The notes under the pieces are model-generated. The model did no database searches, was not told the DNA's origin, and saw nothing but the letters and a program-made list of their open reading frames with translations. A program made the translations under genes and the position numbers. From a virus (Duplodnaviria > Caudoviricetes), in the IMG/VR virus record IMGVR_UViG_3300030109_001059, positions 1 to 56,885 of that record: 56,885 nt of DNA. One strand, written 5' to 3'. Below, one piece after another: positions 39,296 through 47,100 of the stretch. Within the stretch, counting starts at the first letter, position 1, and every line of letters starts with the position of its first letter.

Positions 39296-39461
39296 TGTTA
39301 TTATCCTTTGTTAAGCCGTCGCGTGAACGCGACGGGAACTTACATCAGGTGAGGTAATGTGAAAGCCGAGCCTTGATTGTTTTAAGACATCTCTTTATTC
39401 GGCATTTGTGGTAGTTCGTCACTCTACCCATCAGGGTTTCACACCTCTCCCACCAACACCT

Positions 39462-39490
39462 ATAGTAGCACCGTACAAAGCTTGCGTCAA
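39462..39490 (-). promoter_or_regulatory. SigA-type early promoter
   Basis: Minus strand TTGACG-N17-TACTAT. Confidence 0.7.
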
Positions 39491-39659
39491 GTATCCCTAG
39501 ACTCACAGGACCGCTCGACATACCACTCGCCACGATCACGCACTACCGCCAGAACAGCTCACCATGACGCTGTGACCACGATCAAAACTGCCGTCGCGTG
39601 CTCGCGACGGCCCCGACCAGCCCACAACCAAAACGTCAAGAGCCAACAGGCAACAAGAC

Positions 39660-39692
39660 AAAAAGAAACCCCGTCGCGTGCTCGCGACGGGG
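39660..39692 (-). terminator. Intrinsic terminator built on the palindrome
   Basis: CCCCGTCGCG/CGCGACGGGG stem followed on the minus strand by TTTCTTTTT. Confidence 0.55.
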
Positions 39693-39793
39693 AATCTTAA
39701 CGGGAGGCTACTTGCGGGATCTTCTATATTTAATAGTATCCCAAACAAACCAGCCGATACAGCCGATCAGTGCAAGTTCTACAAGTATGAACA

Positions 39794-40036
39794 TCAGCCC
39801 ACAGCCTTTCCACCCATAATGGATTTATACTGCATATACATGCGTTCACATTGCTCATAGACATGATCCTGTTTAGCAGTAGCCAACCTGTTGAAACCAT
39901 GAATAAACTGAAATGCTTTAACAGGTTCACATTCAAATAGAACATGAAACTTATGGATAGCTATTTGTTCCTCAGGAGATACAATATAAATTCTATCTTC
40001 TGGAACTTCCATTAATTCATTTTTAATTGCACCCAT
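39794..40036 (-). CDS. Hypothetical early protein
   Basis: AAGGAGG RBS. Confidence 0.55.
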   Translation of the reverse strand: MGAIKNELMEVPEDRIYIVSPEEQIAIHKFHVLFECEPVKAFQFIHGFNRLATAKQDHVYEQCERMYMQYKSIMGGKAVG

Positions 40037-40048
40037 TTAGGGCCTCCT

Positions 40049-40576
40049 TTATTTCGCAGGCGTGAACGTGATACAACCGCTCTCGCCAACTTGTTGTTTA
40101 TTACCATCAGCCCACTGTTCATCTATAGCTTGAACAGTAGAACCAACTTCTACTTCGCCATGACATGACTCACACCACGAGTTCTCAAACGCCAACTGCT
40201 CACGCAAAAGAACACGGTAATCATCAGACAACTGCCAGACTTGCTCCAACTTGGACACGCCATTAACTCTCTCACGAAGAAAGAACAACGGCTCAACCGC
40301 CATAAAAGCAGAAACACCATGTAGGTCTATCCACCGATACTTGTTGTAGCCATTATGCACCAGAACCTGACAAGGCTTATCACCCTTAATCAACTCCTGA
40401 ACAGGGAACTGTCGCACGCGCTGATGAACTGCAATCACACTAACATTAAACCGAAGATCAATCACCTTAAACTCTTTGTGACCTTTCACCCATTGGTGAA
40501 CCCTCTGATTTAACAGGAACTCAGCATCATCAATATGCAAACGACAATTACATCTCGCTGCTGTAGTAGCAACCAT
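40049..40576 (-). CDS. Hypothetical early protein (start MVATT at 40576)
   Basis: AAGGAG RBS before the ATG at 40576; CNC and CESC Cys pairs. Confidence 0.55.
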   Translation of the reverse strand: MVATTAARCNCRLHIDDAEFLLNQRVHQWVKGHKEFKVIDLRFNVSVIAVHQRVRQFPVQELIKGDKPCQVLVHNGYNKYRWIDLHGVSAFMAVEPLFFLRERVNGVSKLEQVWQLSDDYRVLLREQLAFENSWCESCHGEVEVGSTVQAIDEQWADGNKQQVGESGCITFTPAK

Positions 40577-40656
40577 ATTATTGTCTCCTTTTCTTGTATC
40601 CCGTCGCGTGAACGCGACCAAGGATAGGGAGAGGTCTATCCCTCTCACCAACACCA

Positions 40657-40685
40657 ATACTACTACCCGCAACAGCTTACGTCAA
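40657..40685 (-). promoter_or_regulatory. SigA-type early promoter
   Basis: Minus strand TTGACG-N17-TAGTAT. Confidence 0.7.
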
Positions 40686-40818
40686 CGACCCAACACGTCA
40701 CAGCACAGCTCTAACCACGATCAAAAATAAGACACACCACAGAACAAACCACCACTCCGCTACAAACCACTATCAATAATGCGTCGCGTACACGCGACCA
40801 CCTAACCTGAGGTAGGAC

Positions 40819-40855
40819 AAAAAAATATCCCCGTCGCGTAAACGCGACGGGGATA
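40819..40855 (-). terminator. Intrinsic terminator built on the palindrome, after the 338-aa gene
   Basis: TATCCCCGTCGCGT-AA-ACGCGACGGGGATA 14-bp perfect stem followed by T7 on the minus strand. Confidence 0.7.
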
Positions 40856-40866
40856 CTTCTTCGGTG

Positions 40867-41883
40867 CTACTGAGTAGCTCTAATGTTCTTATTAAGCTGT
40901 ATGACTTGCGCTAGCTTATCGCTTGCAGTCTCCAAAGCTTTAAAGGTTACATCATCAAGCTGTCTCACATCAGCCTCAAGAGCTATGACCATCGCGTTAA
41001 TGTTCGCGACGATGGGCGCTACCCTGTCAAGGTCATTAGCATGCTTTGCCAGTTCAGCTTCTATAGCTTCTTCAGCCTCCCTAGCTTTATCTTCCCGCTG
41101 CTGCTCTTTCAGCGCTTCTGCCTCTTCCCTTTTCTTCTTCGCATTTGGGTCAGGCTGGCGAGTCACCTTAACTAGGTTATGGTTAACAAGTGCTTGCCTG
41201 AATTTCTTGGCCTTGGCACTCTTATCGCTAGACTTGGGCATTTGCTCACCATTGCCCGTCATGATCGATAACGCTATCCGCTTAGCTTCAGCGTTAGCCT
41301 TGAAGAAAGGCTTAACCGCATTAGGTTGGCCAAGTTTCTTAGCTTCGCCGTGACGCTTGATGAGAGTAGCTTTCATCTTCCTGACCATAGGCCAGTTGAA
41401 AGTATTTCTTTCATCATCACCAACTAGGCGACGGTACTGCGCTAGCGCTTCAAATGGCCTCGAAGACCTCGCGCCAACATTTGCAGCAACAAGACCTATG
41501 GCCTTATTCATAGCGCTAGCCGTGGGCAACTTATCACCTTTCTCATACGCTTTATTCTTGCCCGTAGTATCCGCGCAAGCGATAGCGAAGATCATCTGGC
41601 CCGCGCCTATCCACTTGCTTAGATTCTTACGCTCATTTCTAAAGCGCTGATCAGATGTCTTGATTTCCTTATTAGGTTGACCAAGATCAGCCCTAACCTT
41701 TTCAATTAAGATAAGGGTGATCATTTCAGCTCTTGCAGCTTTCGTATTCCGCTGCGATTGCTCTTGCCCTATGAGATAAACCAACTTCAACCATTCATTA
41801 AGTGATTGGTCTTGGGCTTGCCACAAGCCGACTATCTCTCTTGCTTTCTTAATGGATTTAATGTCTCCCGACTGTTGAGCCAT
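40867..41883 (-). CDS. Basic, Ala/Lys-rich hypothetical protein; outermost early gene
   Basis: 338 aa; AAGGAG RBS; own promoter and terminator. Confidence 0.6.
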   Translation of the reverse strand: MAQQSGDIKSIKKAREIVGLWQAQDQSLNEWLKLVYLIGQEQSQRNTKAARAEMITLILIEKVRADLGQPNKEIKTSDQRFRNERKNLSKWIGAGQMIFAIACADTTGKNKAYEKGDKLPTASAMNKAIGLVAANVGARSSRPFEALAQYRRLVGDDERNTFNWPMVRKMKATLIKRHGEAKKLGQPNAVKPFFKANAEAKRIALSIMTGNGEQMPKSSDKSAKAKKFRQALVNHNLVKVTRQPDPNAKKKREEAEALKEQQREDKAREAEEAIEAELAKHANDLDRVAPIVANINAMVIALEADVRQLDDVTFKALETASDKLAQVIQLNKNIRATQ

Positions 41884-41937
41884 ATTCAGTGACTCTCCTT
41901 TCGTGTATCCCTTGGGCCTATCCCAAGTGATAACCCT

Positions 41938-41966
41938 ATTTTAATCCCGCTCTAGTCTTGTGTCGA
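41938..41966 (-). promoter_or_regulatory. SigA-type early promoter
   Basis: Minus strand TCGACA-N17-TAAAAT. Confidence 0.6.
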
Positions 41967-42466
41967 ATACCCTGACCAGTAATCCACCACAGAGGACGAC
42001 ACAGGCACGACACAGGCCACTAAAACAAAGCGTCGCGTACACGCGACAAGACAGGCCACGCAAGGCCACGCAAGGCAGCCCGTAGGCCACACCTGACAGC
42101 CTAGGGTCTTCACCTGTTACCGCTCTAGTATTCCCGCCCGCCGTGCTGATGCCCGTCGCGTCGACGCGACGAGGGTGCGACCAGACAATGATGTTCTGAT
42201 CGTGGGCATGGGGGGACCCTTGGGGGGGTACTACGGCCTCAACCATTTATGTATAGATATGGATGGACAGTGCGTGAGGTTTTTTTTCTTGGCCGTGGGG
42301 GGTGTGTGGGGGTGTTTTGGTTGTTCTTCGGCCTGTATCCCTTCTTTTTTCTGTTTGAAGGTTGTGATACAGGGATACAAGGAGTAGGGTTGGGGGGGAG
42401 GAGGGCGCTCTGGGGGAGCGCCCTCCTCCCCCCCCTACTTATATCACCTTTGTCCCACAAGCATTG

Positions 42467-42491
42467 TGGGACAAAAGAAGTAAACTGTAGG
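42467..42491 (+). promoter_or_regulatory. Putative late promoter TGGGACA-N12-TGTAGG (copy 3) upstream of terS
   Basis: Motif lies within the inverted repeat TTTGTCCCACAA-GCA-TTGTGGGACAAA. Confidence 0.6.
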
Positions 42492-42501
42492 AGGTTACAA
42501 T

Positions 42502-42945
42502 ATGCCACAAAACGGTGGAGGAAAAGGTTGGAAAACCGACCCCGAAACAGGTCAACAAGTAATGCCAGATAAATGGAAAGCTTACTTAGACTGGCTGTTA
42601 TCGGAGGTTCGTGAGCCTGCTACGTCGAAGGCGTGGGCTGCTGAGAATGGGTTGAATGATCGTACTGTTCGGCGGTGGAAAGCTGACTCTAGGTTTATTC
42701 GTGAATGGGACCGTAGGGCTGCTGAGTTAAATGTCCACCCTGAGAGGACTCAGAGCGTTGTAGATGCGTTACATCGGCGTGCTATTGAGGGGGATGTGAA
42801 GGCTGCTTCGTTGTATTTGCAGTACATTGAGAAGTTCACGCCGAAGCGTCGTTTGGTGGTTGACGATGATCGGGCTGTGTCTGGTTTATCTGATGCTGAG
42901 CTGCATGCTGAGTTGGAGTCTTTGATGGATGGTTTAGATGTCTAG
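42502..42945 (+). CDS. terS: Terminase small subunit (HTH)
   Basis: WAAENGLNDRTVRRWK HTH, GDVKAASLYL, LSDAEL; first gene of the late arm. Confidence 0.7.
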   Translation: MPQNGGGKGWKTDPETGQQVMPDKWKAYLDWLLSEVREPATSKAWAAENGLNDRTVRRWKADSRFIREWDRRAAELNVHPERTQSVVDALHRRAIEGDVKAASLYLQYIEKFTPKRRLVVDDDRAVSGLSDAELHAELESLMDGLDV

Positions 42946-43048
42946 CCCCTTTGAAGATGAAGATTGGTTTCCTTTGAATCCTTTTGAGGATGATGAGTTG
43001 TTGGAATGTGGAATTGAGAATCCTGAAATTTGTGAAAGTTGTGAATAA
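42938..43048 (+). CDS. 36-aa acidic Cys-rich mini-protein ending CGIENPEICESCE
   Basis: Overlaps the terS stop; TAATG coupling to the next gene; not in ORF track. Confidence 0.55.
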   Translation: MSSPFEDEDWFPLNPFEDDELLECGIENPEICESCE

Positions 43049-43338
43049 TGCCTGCTAAAAAAGATCCGAGGTTAACTAGGGCTGGCGTGTCTGGCTATAA
43101 CAAGCCTAAACGTACACCTAACCATAAAACTAAATCTCATGTTGTTGTTGCTAAACAAGGTGACCAAATTAAAACTATTAGGTTTGGTCAGCAGGGTGTT
43201 AAGACTGCTGGTAAACCTAAGAAGGGTGAGTCGGCTAAGCAAACTGCTAGGCGTAAGTCGTTTAAGGCTCGTCATGGTAAGAACATTGCTAAGGGCAAGA
43301 TGTCTGCTGCTTATTGGGCAAATAAAGAGAAGTGGTAG
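43048..43338 (+). CDS. Small basic phage protein
   Basis: IRFGQQG, RRKSFKARH and SAAYWA motifs recall small proteins of aquatic phages. Confidence 0.6.
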   Translation: MPAKKDPRLTRAGVSGYNKPKRTPNHKTKSHVVVAKQGDQIKTIRFGQQGVKTAGKPKKGESAKQTARRKSFKARHGKNIAKGKMSAAYWANKEKW

Positions 43339-43342
43339 AGTA

Positions 43343-43627
43343 ATGGCTTCTCCTAAATCTTCTAATCCTCGCAAGTCGGCTCGGAATTATAGTAAAAACC
43401 CTGCTTCGTATAAGAAGAAGTTGGCGTATGATAAGGCGTATAATGCTCGTCCTGAGAATAAAGCTAAGCGTAGAGAGTTGGGTAATGCTAGGAATAAGGC
43501 TAAACGTTTAGGTGTTGCTTTAACTGGTAAGGATATGTCTCATACAAAAGGTGGAAGGCTTGTTCCTGAGAAATCTTCTACGAACAGAGCTAGAAATGGC
43601 CACGGTAGGAATGGGCGTTTGAAGTAG
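43343..43627 (+). CDS. Basic protein, degenerate HNH-like
   Basis: GKDMSH...SSTNRARN; real start likely MASPK at 43343. Confidence 0.45.
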   Translation: MASPKSSNPRKSARNYSKNPASYKKKLAYDKAYNARPENKAKRRELGNARNKAKRLGVALTGKDMSHTKGGRLVPEKSSTNRARNGHGRNGRLK

Positions 43628-43641
43628 TTCTTAGGGGGGCT

Positions 43642-45186
43642 GTGTCTAGATTTTTTAAGGTCTTTAGTCGGGCTTTGTTGGCTTCTTTGTTGGCTGTAGT
43701 GTGGTTTGCTCCTGCTGCGTCTGCTGAAACGGTGTGTGAGGTTACAGACGACGGCTGGGATTGTAACATTGTTGTTGAAACGTTTAATCAGGGTCCGCAG
43801 TTTACGTTTACTTTGACGGAGGAAACTGAGGTTACTGTTAGAACTTTTACTTCTTTGACCTGCGATGACTGGGAAAGTGGTGAGGGAACAGATTTGTATG
43901 CTGCTGATCCTGTGTTGCATTTGTTTAACGATCAGGGTGCGTTGTTGTTCTCTGACGATGATTCGGCAGAGCATAACAACGATGAAACGTTTTGTTGGGA
44001 TGCGCTTCTGGATGTAACCCTACCTGCTGGTTCCTATGTGTTGCAGGCTGATGCTTACAATGAGGCTACGACGGGGGTGTATTCGTTGGAGATCTTTGGT
44101 GGTGAGTGGACTGTTCCGCAGTCAGTACCAGAAGCTACTCCTACTCCTGAACCAACGCCAACTCCTGTACCTACTTCTGAGCCTGAGCCAACTCCAGAGC
44201 CTACTCCTACGAGTACACCCGAACCTACACCGTCGCCTACACCCGAACCTACACCTGTACCTACTTCTCAACCTGATCCCACTCCTGAAGAGGTTTCTGA
44301 AGCAACCCCAGAAGAACCAGAGCTACCAGAAGTCCCAGAATTACCAGAGGAGCTACCCACACCAGAAGAATTGCCACCAGTAGAGGTATATGAACCCCCA
44401 GTAGAAGAAGAGTGGCAACCACCACCATTGATATTAGAGTTAGAGGAAGAAGAAGAATACCCATATGATGATGGTATCATCTTTGAAGACATAGATTGGG
44501 AAGACTACGATTTTAATGATTTGCCTGAAGTTAATTTGGACACAGAGTTTGAATTTGAGGAAGAACCCTTTGATTTAGAGGAATTTGAGGAGTTTGATGA
44601 GGGACAAGAAGAGCTATTAGTAGAGGAAGAAATTTTTGATTTTGACGAGGAATTGGTGGATGAACCTATATCAGAAGAGGATGAGGCAGAAACGGAAGAA
44701 GAAGTTACTTTTGTTGATGAGGGAGAACAAGAGGAACCTTTCGTACTCGAACCAGATGTGGGATTAGAGGAGCAAGATTTTGAGGAATTGGAGGTAGAGG
44801 ATTTAGATGATGAAACTATTGCTGAGATACTACAAGATGAAGATGCTGCTGAGGAATTTTTTGAAGAAGTCATAGAAGACAATCCTGATTTTTTTGAGGA
44901 AAGTAGCGAAGAGGAATTAGAAGAAGTTTTTGAGGCAGCTCCAGAATTATTTAACGAGATGCCAGATGAGATTAAAGAAGAATTTGAGGAGGAAACTAAT
45001 ATATTTGCTGGGGGATTTGAGGATTATCAAGCGGAAGATAGCACTATTACTGTGCAAGAACGGCGTGTTGTTGTGACTGCGACAACTATTAGTGCTGTGG
45101 CTGCTGCAAGACCAACTGTTCGTGTATCACCATCGCCTTCTGTGGGTGGTCCTTCAGTTTCTCAAGGGGGTAGAAAAAGAAGATGA
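43642..45186 (+). CDS. Secreted protein: signal peptide, PPC-like beta domain, Pro/Thr linker, hyper-acidic stalk
   Basis: Basic-hydrophobic-ASA signal; DPVLHLF...DDD...LPAGSYVL; PTPEPT repeats; E/D-rich region. Confidence 0.65.
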   Translation: MSRFFKVFSRALLASLLAVVWFAPAASAETVCEVTDDGWDCNIVVETFNQGPQFTFTLTEETEVTVRTFTSLTCDDWESGEGTDLYAADPVLHLFNDQGALLFSDDDSAEHNNDETFCWDALLDVTLPAGSYVLQADAYNEATTGVYSLEIFGGEWTVPQSVPEATPTPEPTPTPVPTSEPEPTPEPTPTSTPEPTPSPTPEPTPVPTSQPDPTPEEVSEATPEEPELPEVPELPEELPTPEELPPVEVYEPPVEEEWQPPPLILELEEEEEYPYDDGIIFEDIDWEDYDFNDLPEVNLDTEFEFEEEPFDLEEFEEFDEGQEELLVEEEIFDFDEELVDEPISEEDEAETEEEVTFVDEGEQEEPFVLEPDVGLEEQDFEELEVEDLDDETIAEILQDEDAAEEFFEEVIEDNPDFFEESSEEELEEVFEAAPELFNEMPDEIKEEFEEETNIFAGGFEDYQAEDSTITVQERRVVVTATTISAVAAARPTVRVSPSPSVGGPSVSQGGRKRR

Positions 45187-45359
45187 AGAAATTATTTAAA
45201 AAGATATTTTTTGAAACAAGCGCTTTAAGTTGGACTATTGGAGGTACTGGCTTGGTGCTTATTACTCTTTCGGGTGAAACTCGTGAGATGGGTATTTGGA
45301 TTTCTATTGCTAGTTTTGTGTTTCACATGATTGGCGTTTTATTAGATAAGGAAAATTAA
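45183..45359 (+). CDS. 58-aa two-TM membrane protein, not in ORF track
   Basis: MKKLFKK...WTIGGTGLVLITLSGETREMGIWISIASFVFHMIGVLL; ATGA and TAATG couplings. Confidence 0.6.
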   Translation: MKKLFKKIFFETSALSWTIGGTGLVLITLSGETREMGIWISIASFVFHMIGVLLDKEN

Positions 45360-45619
45360 TGACAGACAATCTACATGTGTTTTTTAATACTTGCTTGCGT
45401 ATCCTCAGTGTGTTTGGCATTCAGTGTATGGCAATTATTGGGGGCAGCTCTATTATTGGTGGCATTGAGGTGCATAAGGCAGCAATTCTTAGCGGTGTTG
45501 CTGCTGTAGCGCAGGTGTTGCAAAAGCTAGCTATAGCTTTTGCAGATGATGGGAAGTTGACGCAAGCTGAGCTTGACGCTGCTTTTCAGAATAGGTCTAT
45601 CGAAGGGGAGGGCCGTTAA
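45359..45619 (+). CDS. Small membrane protein
   Basis: Hydrophobic segments then DDGKLTQAELDAAF. Confidence 0.55.
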   Translation: MTDNLHVFFNTCLRILSVFGIQCMAIIGGSSIIGGIEVHKAAILSGVAAVAQVLQKLAIAFADDGKLTQAELDAAFQNRSIEGEGR

Positions 45620-46211
45620 ACCACATTACGGCTGATTTTCTGTTACCTTTGGTAATAGGAGTTATTCTATGAGATACAAAACTGGGAAAAACTATAGCAG
45701 AGCCATACGGCGGATTTGGGAATTCATGTTTGGCTCCATTGAAAAGAAGTTCTAATGTTCCACCTTCGTAATCTTCGGGGGGACTTAAATTTACGGTTAT
45801 GGATAATTTACGGACTAGCCCTACTAGCAGCGGGTTTGTTGTTTGGTTTAGGGGCATTGGGTCTATGGATTTTTGCACCAAATGTTTTGCAGCGTATCGG
45901 TCTTGGTGGCCGTCGGTATGAAAACCGTACTCGTCATCCTGCTTATAGGTCGTATATTGCACATTCTCTGGACGGGTCAAATCTAACACCCACCCAGCGG
46001 AGACGTTTGCGGAGTAAACAAGTTCCTCCATCATATGCGTCACGGTCACATTATCGAGCCAAGCAATTTGAGAAGAACGCTCAGCGTTATCCCCTTGATG
46101 GGAACCTTCAATAGCATGGACTTTCATTTGTATCTCGCCTTCATTATGAATGAAGTCAGTTTCTTCGGATGTAAGCGCGTCTGGCATGTACCAGTAAAGA
46201 TTTGTAAGCAT
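45597..46211 (-). CDS. 2OG-Fe(II) oxygenase (PKHD/prolyl-hydroxylase-like)
   Basis: HTD, RKLSITVNL, DYEGGTL, FPSFVSHRITP, RKSAVMW. Confidence 0.85.
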   Translation of the reverse strand: MLTNLYWYMPDALTSEETDFIHNEGEIQMKVHAIEGSHQGDNAERSSQIAWLDNVTVTHMMEELVYSANVSAGWVLDLTRPENVQYTTYKQDDEYGFHTDGHQDRYAAKHLVQKSIDPMPLNQTTNPLLVGLVRKLSITVNLSPPEDYEGGTLELLFNGAKHEFPNPPYGSAIVFPSFVSHRITPITKGNRKSAVMWFNGPPLR

Positions 46212-47100
46212 GGTGTATAGCTTATCAGAATTACGGCAAGAAGCTGAGTGGCGTAAATGTGTTAAAGACGAAAAGTATTTTTTGCAAAATTATTGGCATA
46301 TAGCGCATCCTGCTCATGGCCGTATCTTGTTTGATTTGCGTTCAGCGCAATCAACAGCGTTAGAACATTGGGAAGAACATAGATATTCGTTAACGTTAAA
46401 AGCTCGACAAATTGGGTGGTCTACGCTGGTAGCTGCTCACCAATTCTGGTTAGCTTTTTTTCATCCTGACCAGAACATTATTGATCTTTCTAGGACTGAA
46501 CGTGAAGCCGTGTTATTGTTAAGAAAAACTAAATATGGGTTCAAACATTTGCCTGATTGGATGCTTGAACGAGGGCCTGCTTCTTTAGTGGAGCATCAAC
46601 AAAGAATGGGGTTTGACAATGGTTCACTTATTACTTCGATGCCATCGGCTTCTGACCCAGCTCGCGGCGAGTCAGCATCGCTTATTGTCGTGGATGAATG
46701 GGCATTTCTCCCTAATCCTGAAGAGGCTTGGGCCTCTATCGAACCTGTTGCTGATATTGGTGGTCGTATTATTGGTCTTTCCACTGCGAATGGTTCAGGG
46801 AATTTTTATCATCAGTTGTGGGTGGGTGCTACTACTAATGCGAATAAGTTTGCTCCTATGTTTTTCCCTTGGTCGGCGACTGAAGATAGGGGTGAAGCGT
46901 GGTATCAAGAAAAAATAGAGAGCATGTTGCCTTGGCAGCTTGCTCAAGAGTATCCAACTACTCCTGAGGAAGCGTTTGTGAAGTCAGGAAATCCTGTGTT
47001 TGATTTAAGTGTTTTGCAAGAAATGGATCGTAGAACCAAGCATGGGCAGATGGGCTACATGTGGAGAAATAACCGCGAAGTAGAATTTAGGTATCAATGA
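46210..47100 (+). CDS. terL: Terminase large subunit, ATPase part (module B)
   Basis: LKARQIGWS Walker A, RGE, LIVVDE Walker B, STANG coupling motif, QEYP..PEEAF. Confidence 0.85.
   Translation: MVYSLSELRQEAEWRKCVKDEKYFLQNYWHIAHPAHGRILFDLRSAQSTALEHWEEHRYSLTLKARQIGWSTLVAAHQFWLAFFHPDQNIIDLSRTEREAVLLLRKTKYGFKHLPDWMLERGPASLVEHQQRMGFDNGSLITSMPSASDPARGESASLIVVDEWAFLPNPEEAWASIEPVADIGGRIIGLSTANGSGNFYHQLWVGATTNANKFAPMFFPWSATEDRGEAWYQEKIESMLPWQLAQEYPTTPEEAFVKSGNPVFDLSVLQEMDRRTKHGQMGYMWRNNREVEFRYQ

Larger units (their letters stand above)
26913..42170. repeat. Dispersed 16-bp palindrome GTCGCGT-NN-(A/T)CGCGAC, 13 copies
   Basis: Starts at 26913, 28880, 33499, 35394, 37208, 39318, 39593, 39673, 40603, 40783, 40833, 42032, 42155; one-mismatch copy at 33775. 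Confidence 0.92.

Noticed and set aside
39345-39945. Several short ORFs across the early intergenic region (also 41941-42572 and 33481-33669)
   Set aside because: No convincing RBS; they run through promoters, palindromes and terminators, and read as translated regulatory DNA.
26913-42170. CRISPR array or mini-array suggested by palindromic repeats plus a Cas4-like gene
   Set aside because: Repeats are 16 bp and irregularly spaced from ~50 bp to several kb; the Cas4-like nuclease sits in a normal phage replication operon; no other cas genes.
44036-44882. Ser-rich and Leu-rich overlapping ORFs
   Set aside because: Antisense or alternate-frame shadows of the Glu/Pro-rich 43642-45186 gene.
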